Of a stretch of 64,000 bases of DNA, positions 10,125 to 17,934 are shown one piece after another (position 1 is the stretch's first letter; every line of letters begins with the position of its first letter). Both the position numbers and the translations under genes were made by a program. Location of the stretch: NCBI GenBank assembly GCA_963801165.1, contig CAWDDT010000010.1:96001-160000 (forward strand), in the 5' to 3' direction. The stretch is from an uncultured bacterium (GTDB lineage Bacteria; Actinomycetota; Acidimicrobiia; Spongiisociales; UBA5794). The notes under the pieces are model-generated. The model was not told the DNA's origin, did not search any database, and saw only the letters and a list, made by a program, of their open reading frames with translations.

Positions 10125-10876
10125 TCCTCGAGGCTCCGACCATGGCGGAGTGGTTCTCGGAAGGAAAGGGATTGGGAAACCGGCCCTCTCCGGCACCGGG
10201 AACAACGGGATGGATACATCCCGAAGGGCACCCGGTCCCCCGGCGGAACTCCGGTTCCGGCGGAACCGAGGGTCCACGTCCGAGAGGCTTCGGCCTCGAA
10301 GACAACAGGTTGAACGGGTTTCGGCCCGGGAAACCGACAGGGCTCCGGCTCTGTCACCCGCCCTGCTACGGCAGAGCAAACCGGGAGGGCTTCGGCCCGA
10401 CCAGAAGGCCTCGGAGGGTGAAATCCTCCGAAGCAACGGGCGGCCTTCGGGCCACCCGGTCCTCCGAGTGAGGCGCACCGCCGCTGCGGTTGGGACTACG
10501 GTCTCACCACAGCGGGCAGACGTAACACGAAGGTGGACGAAACGCCGAGGCAATCGGCGGGACGAGGGTTTCCTCGGTGAGGGCAACGCCCGATCCGAGA
10601 AGGCTGCCGGGTCAAACCGAGCGGCAAGCCCTCCGACCAAGGGTTGCAGCGGTTTCCCCTGGTGGGAGCTTCGGCGCCCGCTAGCGGAGACGGCACGGCC
10701 GGCTGTACCGGGCTTCGGTCCGGTGACGACCGGGCGGGCCGGTGGGTGTCCTAACGGCCATCTACAAAGCAGCGGCTGGAAGCGGCCCGACTCCTCACGG
10801 AGAAGGTGCCCGACCAGAAGCGAGGATCCCCGAGAGGGTGGCGACTCCGGTCAAAACTCCCTCGGGGTTTCCTTTT
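10125..10876 (+). ncRNA. Putative large (~750 nt) highly structured non-coding RNA, family unassigned (RNA-1)
   Basis: No credible CDS. About 11 UNCG-capped hairpins plus GAAA/GATA/GGCAA loops and a GGGTGAAATCC T-loop-like hairpin. Long-range helices 10226-10232/10805-10811 and 10462-10473/10793-10802. Promoter upstream; hairpin plus U-tract downstream. Confidence 0.8.
10823..10876 (+). terminator. 3' terminal hairpin / intrinsic terminator of RNA-1
   Basis: CCCCGAGAGGGT...ACTCCCTCGGGG stem followed by TTTCCTTTT. Confidence 0.7.
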
Positions 10877-11000
10877 GTCACGAGGTTTGTCACGAGGTTT
10901 GTCACGAGGTTTGTCACGAGGTTTGTCACGAGGTTTGTCGCGAGGTTTGTCGCGAGGTTGTCGCGAGGGTTGCCGCGGAGGTTGCCGCGGAGGGTTGTCG
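10874..11000. repeat. 12-bp tandem repeat TTTGTCACGAGG, 5 perfect copies then progressively degenerate
   Basis: Perfect units at 10874, 10886, 10898, 10910 and 10922; variants TTTGTCGCGAGG x2, then TTGCCGCGGAGG-type units. Confidence 0.9.
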
Positions 11001-11022
11001 AGAGGGCTCGAAGCCTGTCGTT

Positions 11023-11679
11023 TCAGGTACACCCATCGAGCGGCTGGAGCAGCGTCACGGTGTCGTTGTCGTCCGACCCGCTCAGCAGACCCCGGAAGCC
11101 GGCAGAGACGGCCCGAAACGACCACACATCGAGTACCGCGTCTCCCTCGACCACCATATCGGCGCCGAATGCACTGCGGAGCGCGGCGACGGTCGTTCCG
11201 AGCCCAACGCCCTGTTCGGTCGTCAGGTCTAGACCACGCGGATCGATGCCGCCCTCGTTCTCGGAGAAGTCGTAACCGTAGGTATACGTGTAGAAGTATC
11301 CACCGAGGTCGGGAGCGCCGTCGTCGATGAAGATGGTCACGAGGCTACCCCAGCCGATGGCCCGCATCGTCGAGCCGGGGCACGAGCCATAGGCGTTCGG
11401 CTCCGACGGTATCCAGCCGCTATCCAGATCGGGGCCACCGACGAGTGCGGCGATGTCGTCCACGACCGTGTCAGGAGCGAGCCCGAAGCTCACCTCGCCG
11501 AGACCGTCGGGGGAGAGGGCTAGCTTCACCAGCGGGGCCGGGACCGTCGTTGTCGAATCCTGCGCGGCTCCGCATCCAGTGAGAAGGACGCACATGAGCA
11601 TCGCCGCGACTCGACGTCCCGCCGCCGGTCGAGCCCGGGCTGCCCGGGTGCACCCGACGATCCGCTTCTCTCGAGCCAA
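11023..11679 (-). CDS. Putative lipoprotein of unknown function
   Basis: TTG start 6 nt after GGAGG; basic N-region, hydrophobic stretch, lipobox LTG-C, Thr-rich linker. Confidence 0.75.
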   Translation of the reverse strand: MAREKRIVGCTRAARARPAAGRRVAAMLMCVLLTGCGAAQDSTTTVPAPLVKLALSPDGLGEVSFGLAPDTVVDDIAALVGGPDLDSGWIPSEPNAYGSCPGSTMRAIGWGSLVTIFIDDGAPDLGGYFYTYTYGYDFSENEGGIDPRGLDLTTEQGVGLGTTVAALRSAFGADMVVEGDAVLDVWSFRAVSAGFRGLLSGSDDNDTVTLLQPLDGCT

Positions 11680-11765
11680 CTAGTACCTCCGGCGAGGACA
11701 CTACACCGGGACCCGGAAGGTCCCCTGCGCACGGGCTCTGGGCCGGATCGGGACCCCGGGGCACA

Positions 11766-11804
11766 TGAGTTCGGTGAGTGAATTCGGCGAGTGAGTTCGG
11801 CGAG
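11766..11804. repeat. 13-bp tandem repeat TGAGTTCGGCGAG x3 (imperfect)
   Basis: Units at 11766, 11779 and 11792. Confidence 0.7.
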
Positions 11805-11870
11805 TGATAAGGAGGATTCGGTCGACTATTCGCGCCTGATCCGGGTATCGGAGCGGCGCCACGATCGGGT

Positions 11871-11945
11871 CGCGAAACAAAGCGGGAAAGCGCGAAATCA
11901 AGACACGGTTTTGGCTTGACCGCGGCATGGGCTACGCACTAACTT
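11871..11945 (+). promoter_or_regulatory. SigA-type promoter with upstream CGCGAAA direct repeats (drives RNA-2)
   Basis: CGCGAAA at 11871 and 11891; TTGACC 11916-11921; 18-nt spacer; TAACTT 11940-11945. Confidence 0.7.
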
Positions 11946-11951
11946 GGCTTT

Positions 11952-12220
11952 AGTCGATGAGGCGGGAAACCGCAGCAGAGACTCCAGGCCTCGCAAGGGG
12001 TTCTGGGATCTGGACGAGTCACCGGGCCGCGAGGTCGGGTGGCGACACCGCAAGGAAAGTCCGGGGACGAGCCCCAGTGGTTCGGCCTCACGGGCTGCGA
12101 AGGATCGCTGATCGGGACTTCGGTCCTGAGAGGCATCTCGGTTGAGCCGCAAGGTTCCGACCGAGAAGAGAGCCCCGAGAGGGTCGACGCTTCGGCGAGA
12201 ACTTTCTCGGGGTTTCTCGC
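11952..12220 (+). ncRNA. Putative ~270-nt structured non-coding RNA, family unassigned (RNA-2)
   Basis: Series of hairpins: GCGG-GAAA-CCGC, C-GCAA-G, GGCC-GCGA-GGTC, CC-GCAA-GG, TCGGGAC-TTCG-GTCCTGA, GAGCC-GCAA-GGTTC, CGC-TTCG-GCG; own promoter; 3' hairpin near-identical to RNA-1. Confidence 0.72.
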
Positions 12221-12336
12221 GTCCGTAGTGGGCCGGACGACCAAAAACGCCGGCATCTGGCTCAAGGAATCGAGCGATCCGAAAATCTGCAAGCGGTGAT
12301 TGCGCGCGGCCAGGTCGAACGTCGTATCATTGCGCC

Positions 12337-12969
12337 ATGGCTTTTCCAGAGAACATCCTCACGGAAGATGAGACGATCGTCAGTCAGTTTCGACCGCACT
12401 GGAGGATGCTCGCCATCCCTGTGCTGTGGTTTATCGCCGGCATTGTTGCCATAGTCCTCGTGTCGGTCTATTCCTGGCTCGACGACTATTCGATCATCCG
12501 CTGGATCCTGATCGCAGCGCTAGTGCTTGCTTTGTTCCCGCTGGTGGTAAGCCCCGTTCTCCGGTGGGTGTTCACGTCCTACGTTCTCACCAGCGAGCGG
12601 CTGATGACGAGGACCGGGATGATCGCTCGCAGCGGCATCGAGTTGCCGCTGGCCAGCATCAACGACGTGCGCTTTCACCAGACGGTTCTCGAGCGTGTGC
12701 TGAAGTCGGGCGACCTCGTAATCGAGTCGGCAGGTGAGAGCGGGCAGAGCAGGTTCACCGATATCCCGCGCCCTGAGGAGTTCCAATCGCTGCTGTACCG
12801 GACCCGGGAACAGCAGCAACACAACAGCGCCGTAGAGCAGTCGGCAAAGGCCGCCGAAGTGACCCGCGACCCAACCGAGGAGTTGGAGAGAGCTGCCCGA
12901 CTACGCGATGACGGGGTGCTCTCTGAGGAGGAGTTCCAAGCCATGAAGCAGCGCATCCTCGGGACGTAG
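12337..12969 (+). CDS. Membrane protein with bacterial PH domain and C-terminal SHOCT domain
   Basis: RPHWRML, two TM helices, YVLTSERL...GDLVIESAGE, C-terminal LRDDGVLSEEEFQAMKQRIL. Confidence 0.85.
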   Translation: MAFPENILTEDETIVSQFRPHWRMLAIPVLWFIAGIVAIVLVSVYSWLDDYSIIRWILIAALVLALFPLVVSPVLRWVFTSYVLTSERLMTRTGMIARSGIELPLASINDVRFHQTVLERVLKSGDLVIESAGESGQSRFTDIPRPEEFQSLLYRTREQQQHNSAVEQSAKAAEVTRDPTEELERAARLRDDGVLSEEEFQAMKQRILGT

Positions 12970-13128
12970 CGCTGCCGAGCCCAAACCGGGTTCGGGCTAT
13001 TCGTGGTCACCCGCAACCTGTACATTGTCTCCAGGAGACTGCGGAGCACATGTCGTGGCCGCGTGCCGCGCCATCGCCGCGCGTGACCAGAACCGGCATC
13101 GCTCAGCAGACCAATAGGAGGACGATGC

Positions 13129-13593
13129 ATGTCTGCTGAAAAGCTTCGTGAGTACCTCCTGACCCGCGGTGTGCCCTACGAGGTGCACGAGCACCCTCTC
13201 GCCTTCACGACGTCCCGCGTCGCGGAAGTCGAGCACATTCCCGGCAAGGACATTGCCAAGCCGGTCATCCTCATGGCCGACGACCACTTCGTGATGGCAG
13301 TTGTCCCGGGCCACAAGCACGTCGATCTCAACAAGGCGAGGTCTGCCCTCGGCTGTGAGAGCGTGCGGCTGGCAGAGGAATCAGAGTTCGCCGCTGCGTT
13401 CGCCGACTGCGAGCGCGGTGCCGAGCCACCGCTCGGGCATCTCTACGGCATGGAGACCGTCGTTGATCTGCGTCTCGATGCACCAAGGATCACGTTCCGT
13501 GGTGGGAGCCACACCCAGACGATCACGATGGGGATGGAGGACTACAGGACGGCCGCAAACGCCGTCATGGGTGACGTCGCGGCCGGTCGCTGA
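13129..13593 (+). CDS. YbaK/EbsC-family aminoacyl-tRNA deacylase
   Basis: IAKPVIL, LAEESEFAAAFADCERGAEPPLG, GGSHTQTI; GGAGG RBS. Confidence 0.85.
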   Translation: MSAEKLREYLLTRGVPYEVHEHPLAFTTSRVAEVEHIPGKDIAKPVILMADDHFVMAVVPGHKHVDLNKARSALGCESVRLAEESEFAAAFADCERGAEPPLGHLYGMETVVDLRLDAPRITFRGGSHTQTITMGMEDYRTAANAVMGDVAAGR

Positions 13594-13639
13594 CCGGCAC
13601 GCTACGACCGGGGTGAGCGGGGACTGTTTTAGCGCGTCG

Positions 13640-14863
13640 CTACGTGCGATCGAACCGTGCGACGCATTCGATATGGAAGGTCTGCGGGAACATGTCGACC
13701 GGCGTGACAGTCGACAGCTCGTAGCCGGCCGCAGCCAGGAGCGCGGTGTCTCTGGCGAGGCTGGCCGGGTCACAGGAGACATAGACGAGGGTGCGCGGTT
13801 CCGCCGCGGTGACCGCTGCGATCCCGGTTTCGCCGAGACCCTTGCGCGGTGGGTCGGCGATGGCGACGTCCCAGTACTCGCCGATCCCCTCGATGGCACG
13901 TTCGAGGGTGTCGCCGATCACCCGGTAGTCCGCGACTCGGGCGCGGTTCAGGTTGGCCTGGAGGTCATGTGCAGCCGTCTCGTCGACCTCGACGGCGACG
14001 ACCCGGCCTGCGCTTCGCCCGACCGCCGCGGCAAAGAGGCCTCCGCCGGCGTACGTATCGAGCAGCGTGTCGTCGGAGCCGACGCCGGCGGCGGTATCAA
14101 CAAGGCGTACGAGCTCTTCCGCCCCGGCGGTGTTGTTCTGGAAGAACGAGAGGCCCGTGACGCGAAAGGGGAGCCCGGCAACGGTCTCCTCGAGCACGGG
14201 CTCGCCGTGTACGGCCCGGAGCCGCCCGTCCTCGACGACGGCGACGCGACATCCCCACGATGACGCCTGAGGCGGCAGCGGGCCGGTCACGATCGCCAGC
14301 GTTTCCCCTGTCGTCGTTGCGGTGCGCAGCGTTATCGCGGTTGCAGCACCGAGGTCACCGAGGTCGACGAAAAGCGATGCGAGGGCGGGGTCGAGTAGCG
14401 AGCACTCGTGCAGGGGGACCAGCCGGCGCGAACCTCGTGCGTACAGCGCCGGCCGCCCGCCAACCACCCGGTAATCCATACGGTTGCGATAGCCGTAGGG
14501 CGGACCGGGAGCAACCGTAGGCGAGACGGGTGGGTCGGGATGGCGGCCCAGGTGAGCCAGCTGACCGATCACGACCGAGCGTTTCCATTCGAGTTGTGCA
14601 GCGTAGGCGCCGTGCTGCCACTGACAACCCCCGCACTCGCCGAAATGCCGACACCGCGGCGTCACCCGATCCGGTGAGGGCTCGTCGACGGTGGTCAACC
14701 TGATCGTGCCCCACGACGGTTTGTCGCGCTCGATCGAGCCGGTGATCGTTTCTCCCGGAAGGGCACCATCGACGAAATACGTTTTGCCGTCGACGCGGGC
14801 GACAGCCGAGCCGCCGTGAGCCATATCGGTCGTCCTCGTATGTATCTGGTCGCCGATGCTCAC
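13640..14863 (-). CDS. TRAM-domain RNA (uracil-5)-methyltransferase (RlmD/TrmA family)
   Basis: CRHFGECGGCQWQH, SFFQNN, LDTYAGGG, DPPRKG, YVSCDPASLARD, DMFPQTFHIE. Confidence 0.9.
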   Translation of the reverse strand: MSIGDQIHTRTTDMAHGGSAVARVDGKTYFVDGALPGETITGSIERDKPSWGTIRLTTVDEPSPDRVTPRCRHFGECGGCQWQHGAYAAQLEWKRSVVIGQLAHLGRHPDPPVSPTVAPGPPYGYRNRMDYRVVGGRPALYARGSRRLVPLHECSLLDPALASLFVDLGDLGAATAITLRTATTTGETLAIVTGPLPPQASSWGCRVAVVEDGRLRAVHGEPVLEETVAGLPFRVTGLSFFQNNTAGAEELVRLVDTAAGVGSDDTLLDTYAGGGLFAAAVGRSAGRVVAVEVDETAAHDLQANLNRARVADYRVIGDTLERAIEGIGEYWDVAIADPPRKGLGETGIAAVTAAEPRTLVYVSCDPASLARDTALLAAAGYELSTVTPVDMFPQTFHIECVARFDRT

Positions 14864-14898
14864 TCCTGTCGCTGCGAAGGCAGACTACCCTCCGTCCG

Positions 14899-15255
14899 AT
14901 GCTTGCCTTTCATCATGCGTGGTTTTTCGTCGCGGTGATCACGACCGGTGTGGTCGGTCTGTGGGGAACCGTCCTCGGCTTCGCCAAACGCCCGGCACCC
15001 CCGCTGTTCCGGTACGCCCGCTGGGCCGCGTTCGGAACAATGGGGATCCAGGTGTCGGCCGGTCTGGTCCTGTACGGCAGGGGGCTCCGGCCCCAGAACG
15101 CATTTCACGTCTTCTACGGTGTGGTGATCGTCTTCACCTTCGCCATCGCCTACATATACCGCGTCCAGCTCGACCGAAGGCCCGAACTGTTCTACGGTTT
15201 GTTGCTTCTTTTTGTCATGGGCCTGGGCCTGCGGGCATGGGCGAACGTGCACTGA
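14899..15255 (+). CDS. Hypothetical integral membrane protein (4 TM)
   Basis: Four hydrophobic segments; TACCCT -10 element 7 nt before ATG. Confidence 0.75.
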   Translation: MLAFHHAWFFVAVITTGVVGLWGTVLGFAKRPAPPLFRYARWAAFGTMGIQVSAGLVLYGRGLRPQNAFHVFYGVVIVFTFAIAYIYRVQLDRRPELFYGLLLLFVMGLGLRAWANVH

Positions 15256-15321
15256 TCAGAAAAGACCGCCGTTCCCTGAGTACGATGCGGTCCTGTTCCA
15301 GATCGGCCCTGAGGAGGCGCA

Positions 15322-16107
15322 ATGCTGCTCGAAGGAAAACGACTCGTAATCACCGGTGTGCTAACCGATGACTCAATCGCGTTCCACACGGCACGAGTCG
15401 CTCAGGAACAGGGTGCGAAGCTCGTTCTGACCGGGTTCGGACGAGCCATGCGGCTGACCCAGCGCGCCGCCAAACGGCTGCCCGTCCCGCCCGACGTCCT
15501 CGAGCTCGACATCAACAGCGAGGACGACATGAAGAGCCTCGTTGCCGATCTGACGACACGGTGGGGCGCCGTCGACGGTGCACTCCATGCGATCGCATAT
15601 GCGCCCGGCGATGCCCTCGGCGGCAACTTCATGACCACGCCGGCTGAGAGCGCGGCTACGGCGTTTCTCACATCTGCCTTCTCGTACAAGACCCTTGCCG
15701 TCGGCCTTCGCCCGCTGCTCCAGGCTGCAGGCGGGGGATCGCTTGTCGCCCTCGATTTCGACAACACCCAGGCGTGGCCGCTCTACGACTGGATGGGCGT
15801 CGCCAAGGCCGGTCTCCAGGCGGTGACCCGATACCTCGCACGGTACCTGGGCCCCGACGACATCCGGGTGAACGCCGTTGCGGCCGGGCCGCTCAGCACC
15901 GTCGCCGCAAAATCGATCCCACATTTCGAGGTGTTCGAAAGGGAGTGGGCGGTGCGTGCTCCGCTGGGCTGGGACGTCGCCGACGCGACTCCGGTAGCTC
16001 AGATGGTTGCGGTCCTACTGTCGGACTGGTCGGCGATGACCACCGGCGAGGTCGTTCACGTCGACGGCGGCTTTCACGCGATAGCGGCGGGTTCCGAGCC
16101 CTCGTAG
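15322..16107 (+). CDS. fabI: Enoyl-ACP reductase (FabI/InhA)
   Basis: ITGVLTDDSIAF, YDWMGVAK, VAAGPL, TTGEVVHVDGG. Confidence 0.92.
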   Translation: MLLEGKRLVITGVLTDDSIAFHTARVAQEQGAKLVLTGFGRAMRLTQRAAKRLPVPPDVLELDINSEDDMKSLVADLTTRWGAVDGALHAIAYAPGDALGGNFMTTPAESAATAFLTSAFSYKTLAVGLRPLLQAAGGGSLVALDFDNTQAWPLYDWMGVAKAGLQAVTRYLARYLGPDDIRVNAVAAGPLSTVAAKSIPHFEVFEREWAVRAPLGWDVADATPVAQMVAVLLSDWSAMTTGEVVHVDGGFHAIAAGSEPS

Positions 16108-17879
16108 CGGACCCGGGCGTTCTTGGCCAGTGCCACGGTGAAGGTGGCGCCGCCGCCCGAGGTGGGCTGGAACCAGACCCGTCCCCCGATAACCTCGGAG
16201 AGGCCACGAACGATCGACAACCCAAGTCCGGTACCGCCGGCCGACCTGGTGTAGTGAGGGGCGAGCTGAGTGAACCGATCGAAGATGTGATCGTGTAACT
16301 CGTACGGGATTCCCTCGCCGTGATCGATCACCGAGATCCAGATTTCGTTTCCGTTGAGCATTGCGATGATGTCGATCGGGCTCCCCGGTGCATATTTGAG
16401 CGCGTTGCCGACGAGATTCACAAGGATCCGCTGTAGGTGATCGGGATCGGTCTCCACCGAATCCACACCCGGGCCCATCTGCACGTAGGTGACCTCGGCG
16501 GCGTCCGGGATGTGGGCGACGGTGTCCTCGATGAAGTCCTGGAGGTGAATGAGCTCGGGGCGGACGGGCAAGGCCTTGTTGTCGAGCCGGGAAACAACGA
16601 GGAGGTCTTCGATCAACGATCTGAGCCGGTTCGCCTGGCGGCTGGCCGTGTCGATCAACTGCTGAGCGCTCGGATCCGGGTGAGCGAGCTGGGGGCGTTG
16701 CAGCGTGCTGAGAGAGCCGATGATGGCAGTCAACGGCGTGCGCAGCTCGTGGCTGACCACACTGACGAAGTCGGTCTTCAGCTGGGCGAGCTCCATTGCC
16801 TTCTGGCTCGTCTCCTGAGCCTCCTCGTAGCGAGCCAGCTGGTTGAGCACGAGCGCAGACGGTCCTGCCAGAGACTCCAGGAGGGCGAGATCGCCGACGG
16901 TGAAATGGCTGTCGCGCTTCTCGGCGGTTATCAGCACGCCGATGGGTCGGGACTCGATGCGCAAAGGAACGGCGGCGATCTCGTGGCTGCCGAGCTCGAG
17001 CAGGAAGGCGTCCGCCTCGTCCGCGTTCTCCTCGAGGTTGGTGAACACAGCCGGCTCACCGCTCGTGAACACCTTCTGGGCGATGCTCGGCTGAGTCAGC
17101 GGCAGCGAGTAACCCTCGGCGCGCAACGTCTGGCCGGCCACCCAGATCGGGGACATCACTTCCAACGCCTCCTGATCGCGCCGGTACAGCAGTACGACGC
17201 CCACCCTGGCCTCGACCGCATTGGCTACGCGTCCCACCAGCTCGGGGAGTACCTCTGACAGGTTGCTGCCGATGCCGATCGTCCGGGAGACGTCGTACAG
17301 CCGCTGCAGCTCCTGTTCCTGTTCGGACAGGTACATCTCACGCGCCTCGAACGTGAAAACCCGCCGGGCGGCTTCCTCGACGTGGCGATGCAGGTTGCCG
17401 GCGCCGACGGCGACCAGGGTTGCGGCGATGGAGAACGCGACGATCCGCCACAGCCGTGTGTCCGAGCTGATGTCCGCTGCTCCTGTGATGAGCGCAAAGG
17501 CACCGGTCGCGGCGATGGCGACTCCGGCGACGTAGACCCCGCGGAGAGAGATCAAGGCAGGGAGGATGGTCGCGGCGAGGATAGCGATGGCGACGACCGT
17601 GGCGTCTGCGTTGGCGCCGAGCAGCACCACGGCCATGACGATCAGGAACGACCAGAAGAGAATGGTGAGGTCCGCCACGATCGACCGCAAGATCCGGGGC
17701 CAGGGAGCGATGGTGAGCAACACGAGCGCGACCCCGAATGCGGGAAAGCTGGCTCCGAGCAGCGACTTGTCCGCACGGCTGCGGGCGACGCCGACCGCGA
17801 TGTACGCAATCCAGTTGAGGGCGAGAACGATGTAGACCGCACGCACCCTGTGCCTGATTGGGGGTATCTCCGATGTCAA
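16074..17879 (-). CDS. Membrane-bound GAF-domain sensor histidine kinase
   Basis: N-terminal TM helices, GAF domain, SHELRTPLT, NLVGNALKY, DHGEGIP, GGTGLGL; start uncertain. Confidence 0.88.
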   Translation of the reverse strand: MTSEIPPIRHRVRAVYIVLALNWIAYIAVGVARSRADKSLLGASFPAFGVALVLLTIAPWPRILRSIVADLTILFWSFLIVMAVVLLGANADATVVAIAILAATILPALISLRGVYVAGVAIAATGAFALITGAADISSDTRLWRIVAFSIAATLVAVGAGNLHRHVEEAARRVFTFEAREMYLSEQEQELQRLYDVSRTIGIGSNLSEVLPELVGRVANAVEARVGVVLLYRRDQEALEVMSPIWVAGQTLRAEGYSLPLTQPSIAQKVFTSGEPAVFTNLEENADEADAFLLELGSHEIAAVPLRIESRPIGVLITAEKRDSHFTVGDLALLESLAGPSALVLNQLARYEEAQETSQKAMELAQLKTDFVSVVSHELRTPLTAIIGSLSTLQRPQLAHPDPSAQQLIDTASRQANRLRSLIEDLLVVSRLDNKALPVRPELIHLQDFIEDTVAHIPDAAEVTYVQMGPGVDSVETDPDHLQRILVNLVGNALKYAPGSPIDIIAMLNGNEIWISVIDHGEGIPYELHDHIFDRFTQLAPHYTRSAGGTGLGLSIVRGLSEVIGGRVWFQPTSGGGATFTVALAKNARVRYEGSEPAAIA

Positions 17880-17934
17880 GTGAGACCTTCCCACAGTATT
17901 CGATGTAGCCCTCTCGCCACGGTAACCTCTTTGC

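Noticed and set aside
9967-10305. N-terminal extension of the RecB nuclease ORF given in the track
   Set aside because: Homology starts near MTATNH/LSPSR, a TATAGT -10 element precedes the ATG at 9966, and the extension overlaps the RNA-1 promoter.
10125-10876. RNA-1 as a group II intron, tmRNA, or rRNA fragment
   Set aside because: No GUGCG 5' end or domain V motif, no tRNA-Ala-like ends or tag ORF, and no recognisable rRNA conserved blocks. It has its own promoter and terminator and does not interrupt a gene.
10874-11000. Possible CRISPR array near a Cas4-like nuclease
   Set aside because: Units are 12 bp, head-to-tail, with no spacers. There are no cas1/cas2 genes, and the nuclease is coupled to adnAB-like genes.
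9085-11232. 715-aa + strand ORF and other ORFs across 10029-11330
   Set aside because: Arg/Pro/Gly-rich, no recognisable domains, antisense to real genes and running through hairpins and repeats. These are high-GC shadow ORFs.
12051-12066. AAGGAAAGTCCGGG resembles the RNase P RNA P4 5' strand (GAGGAAAGUCC)
   Set aside because: No matching 3' P4 strand (ACAGAA.CCGGCUUA-like) downstream, and the bases fit a local GCAA hairpin. RNase P is not supported, though cmscan should confirm.
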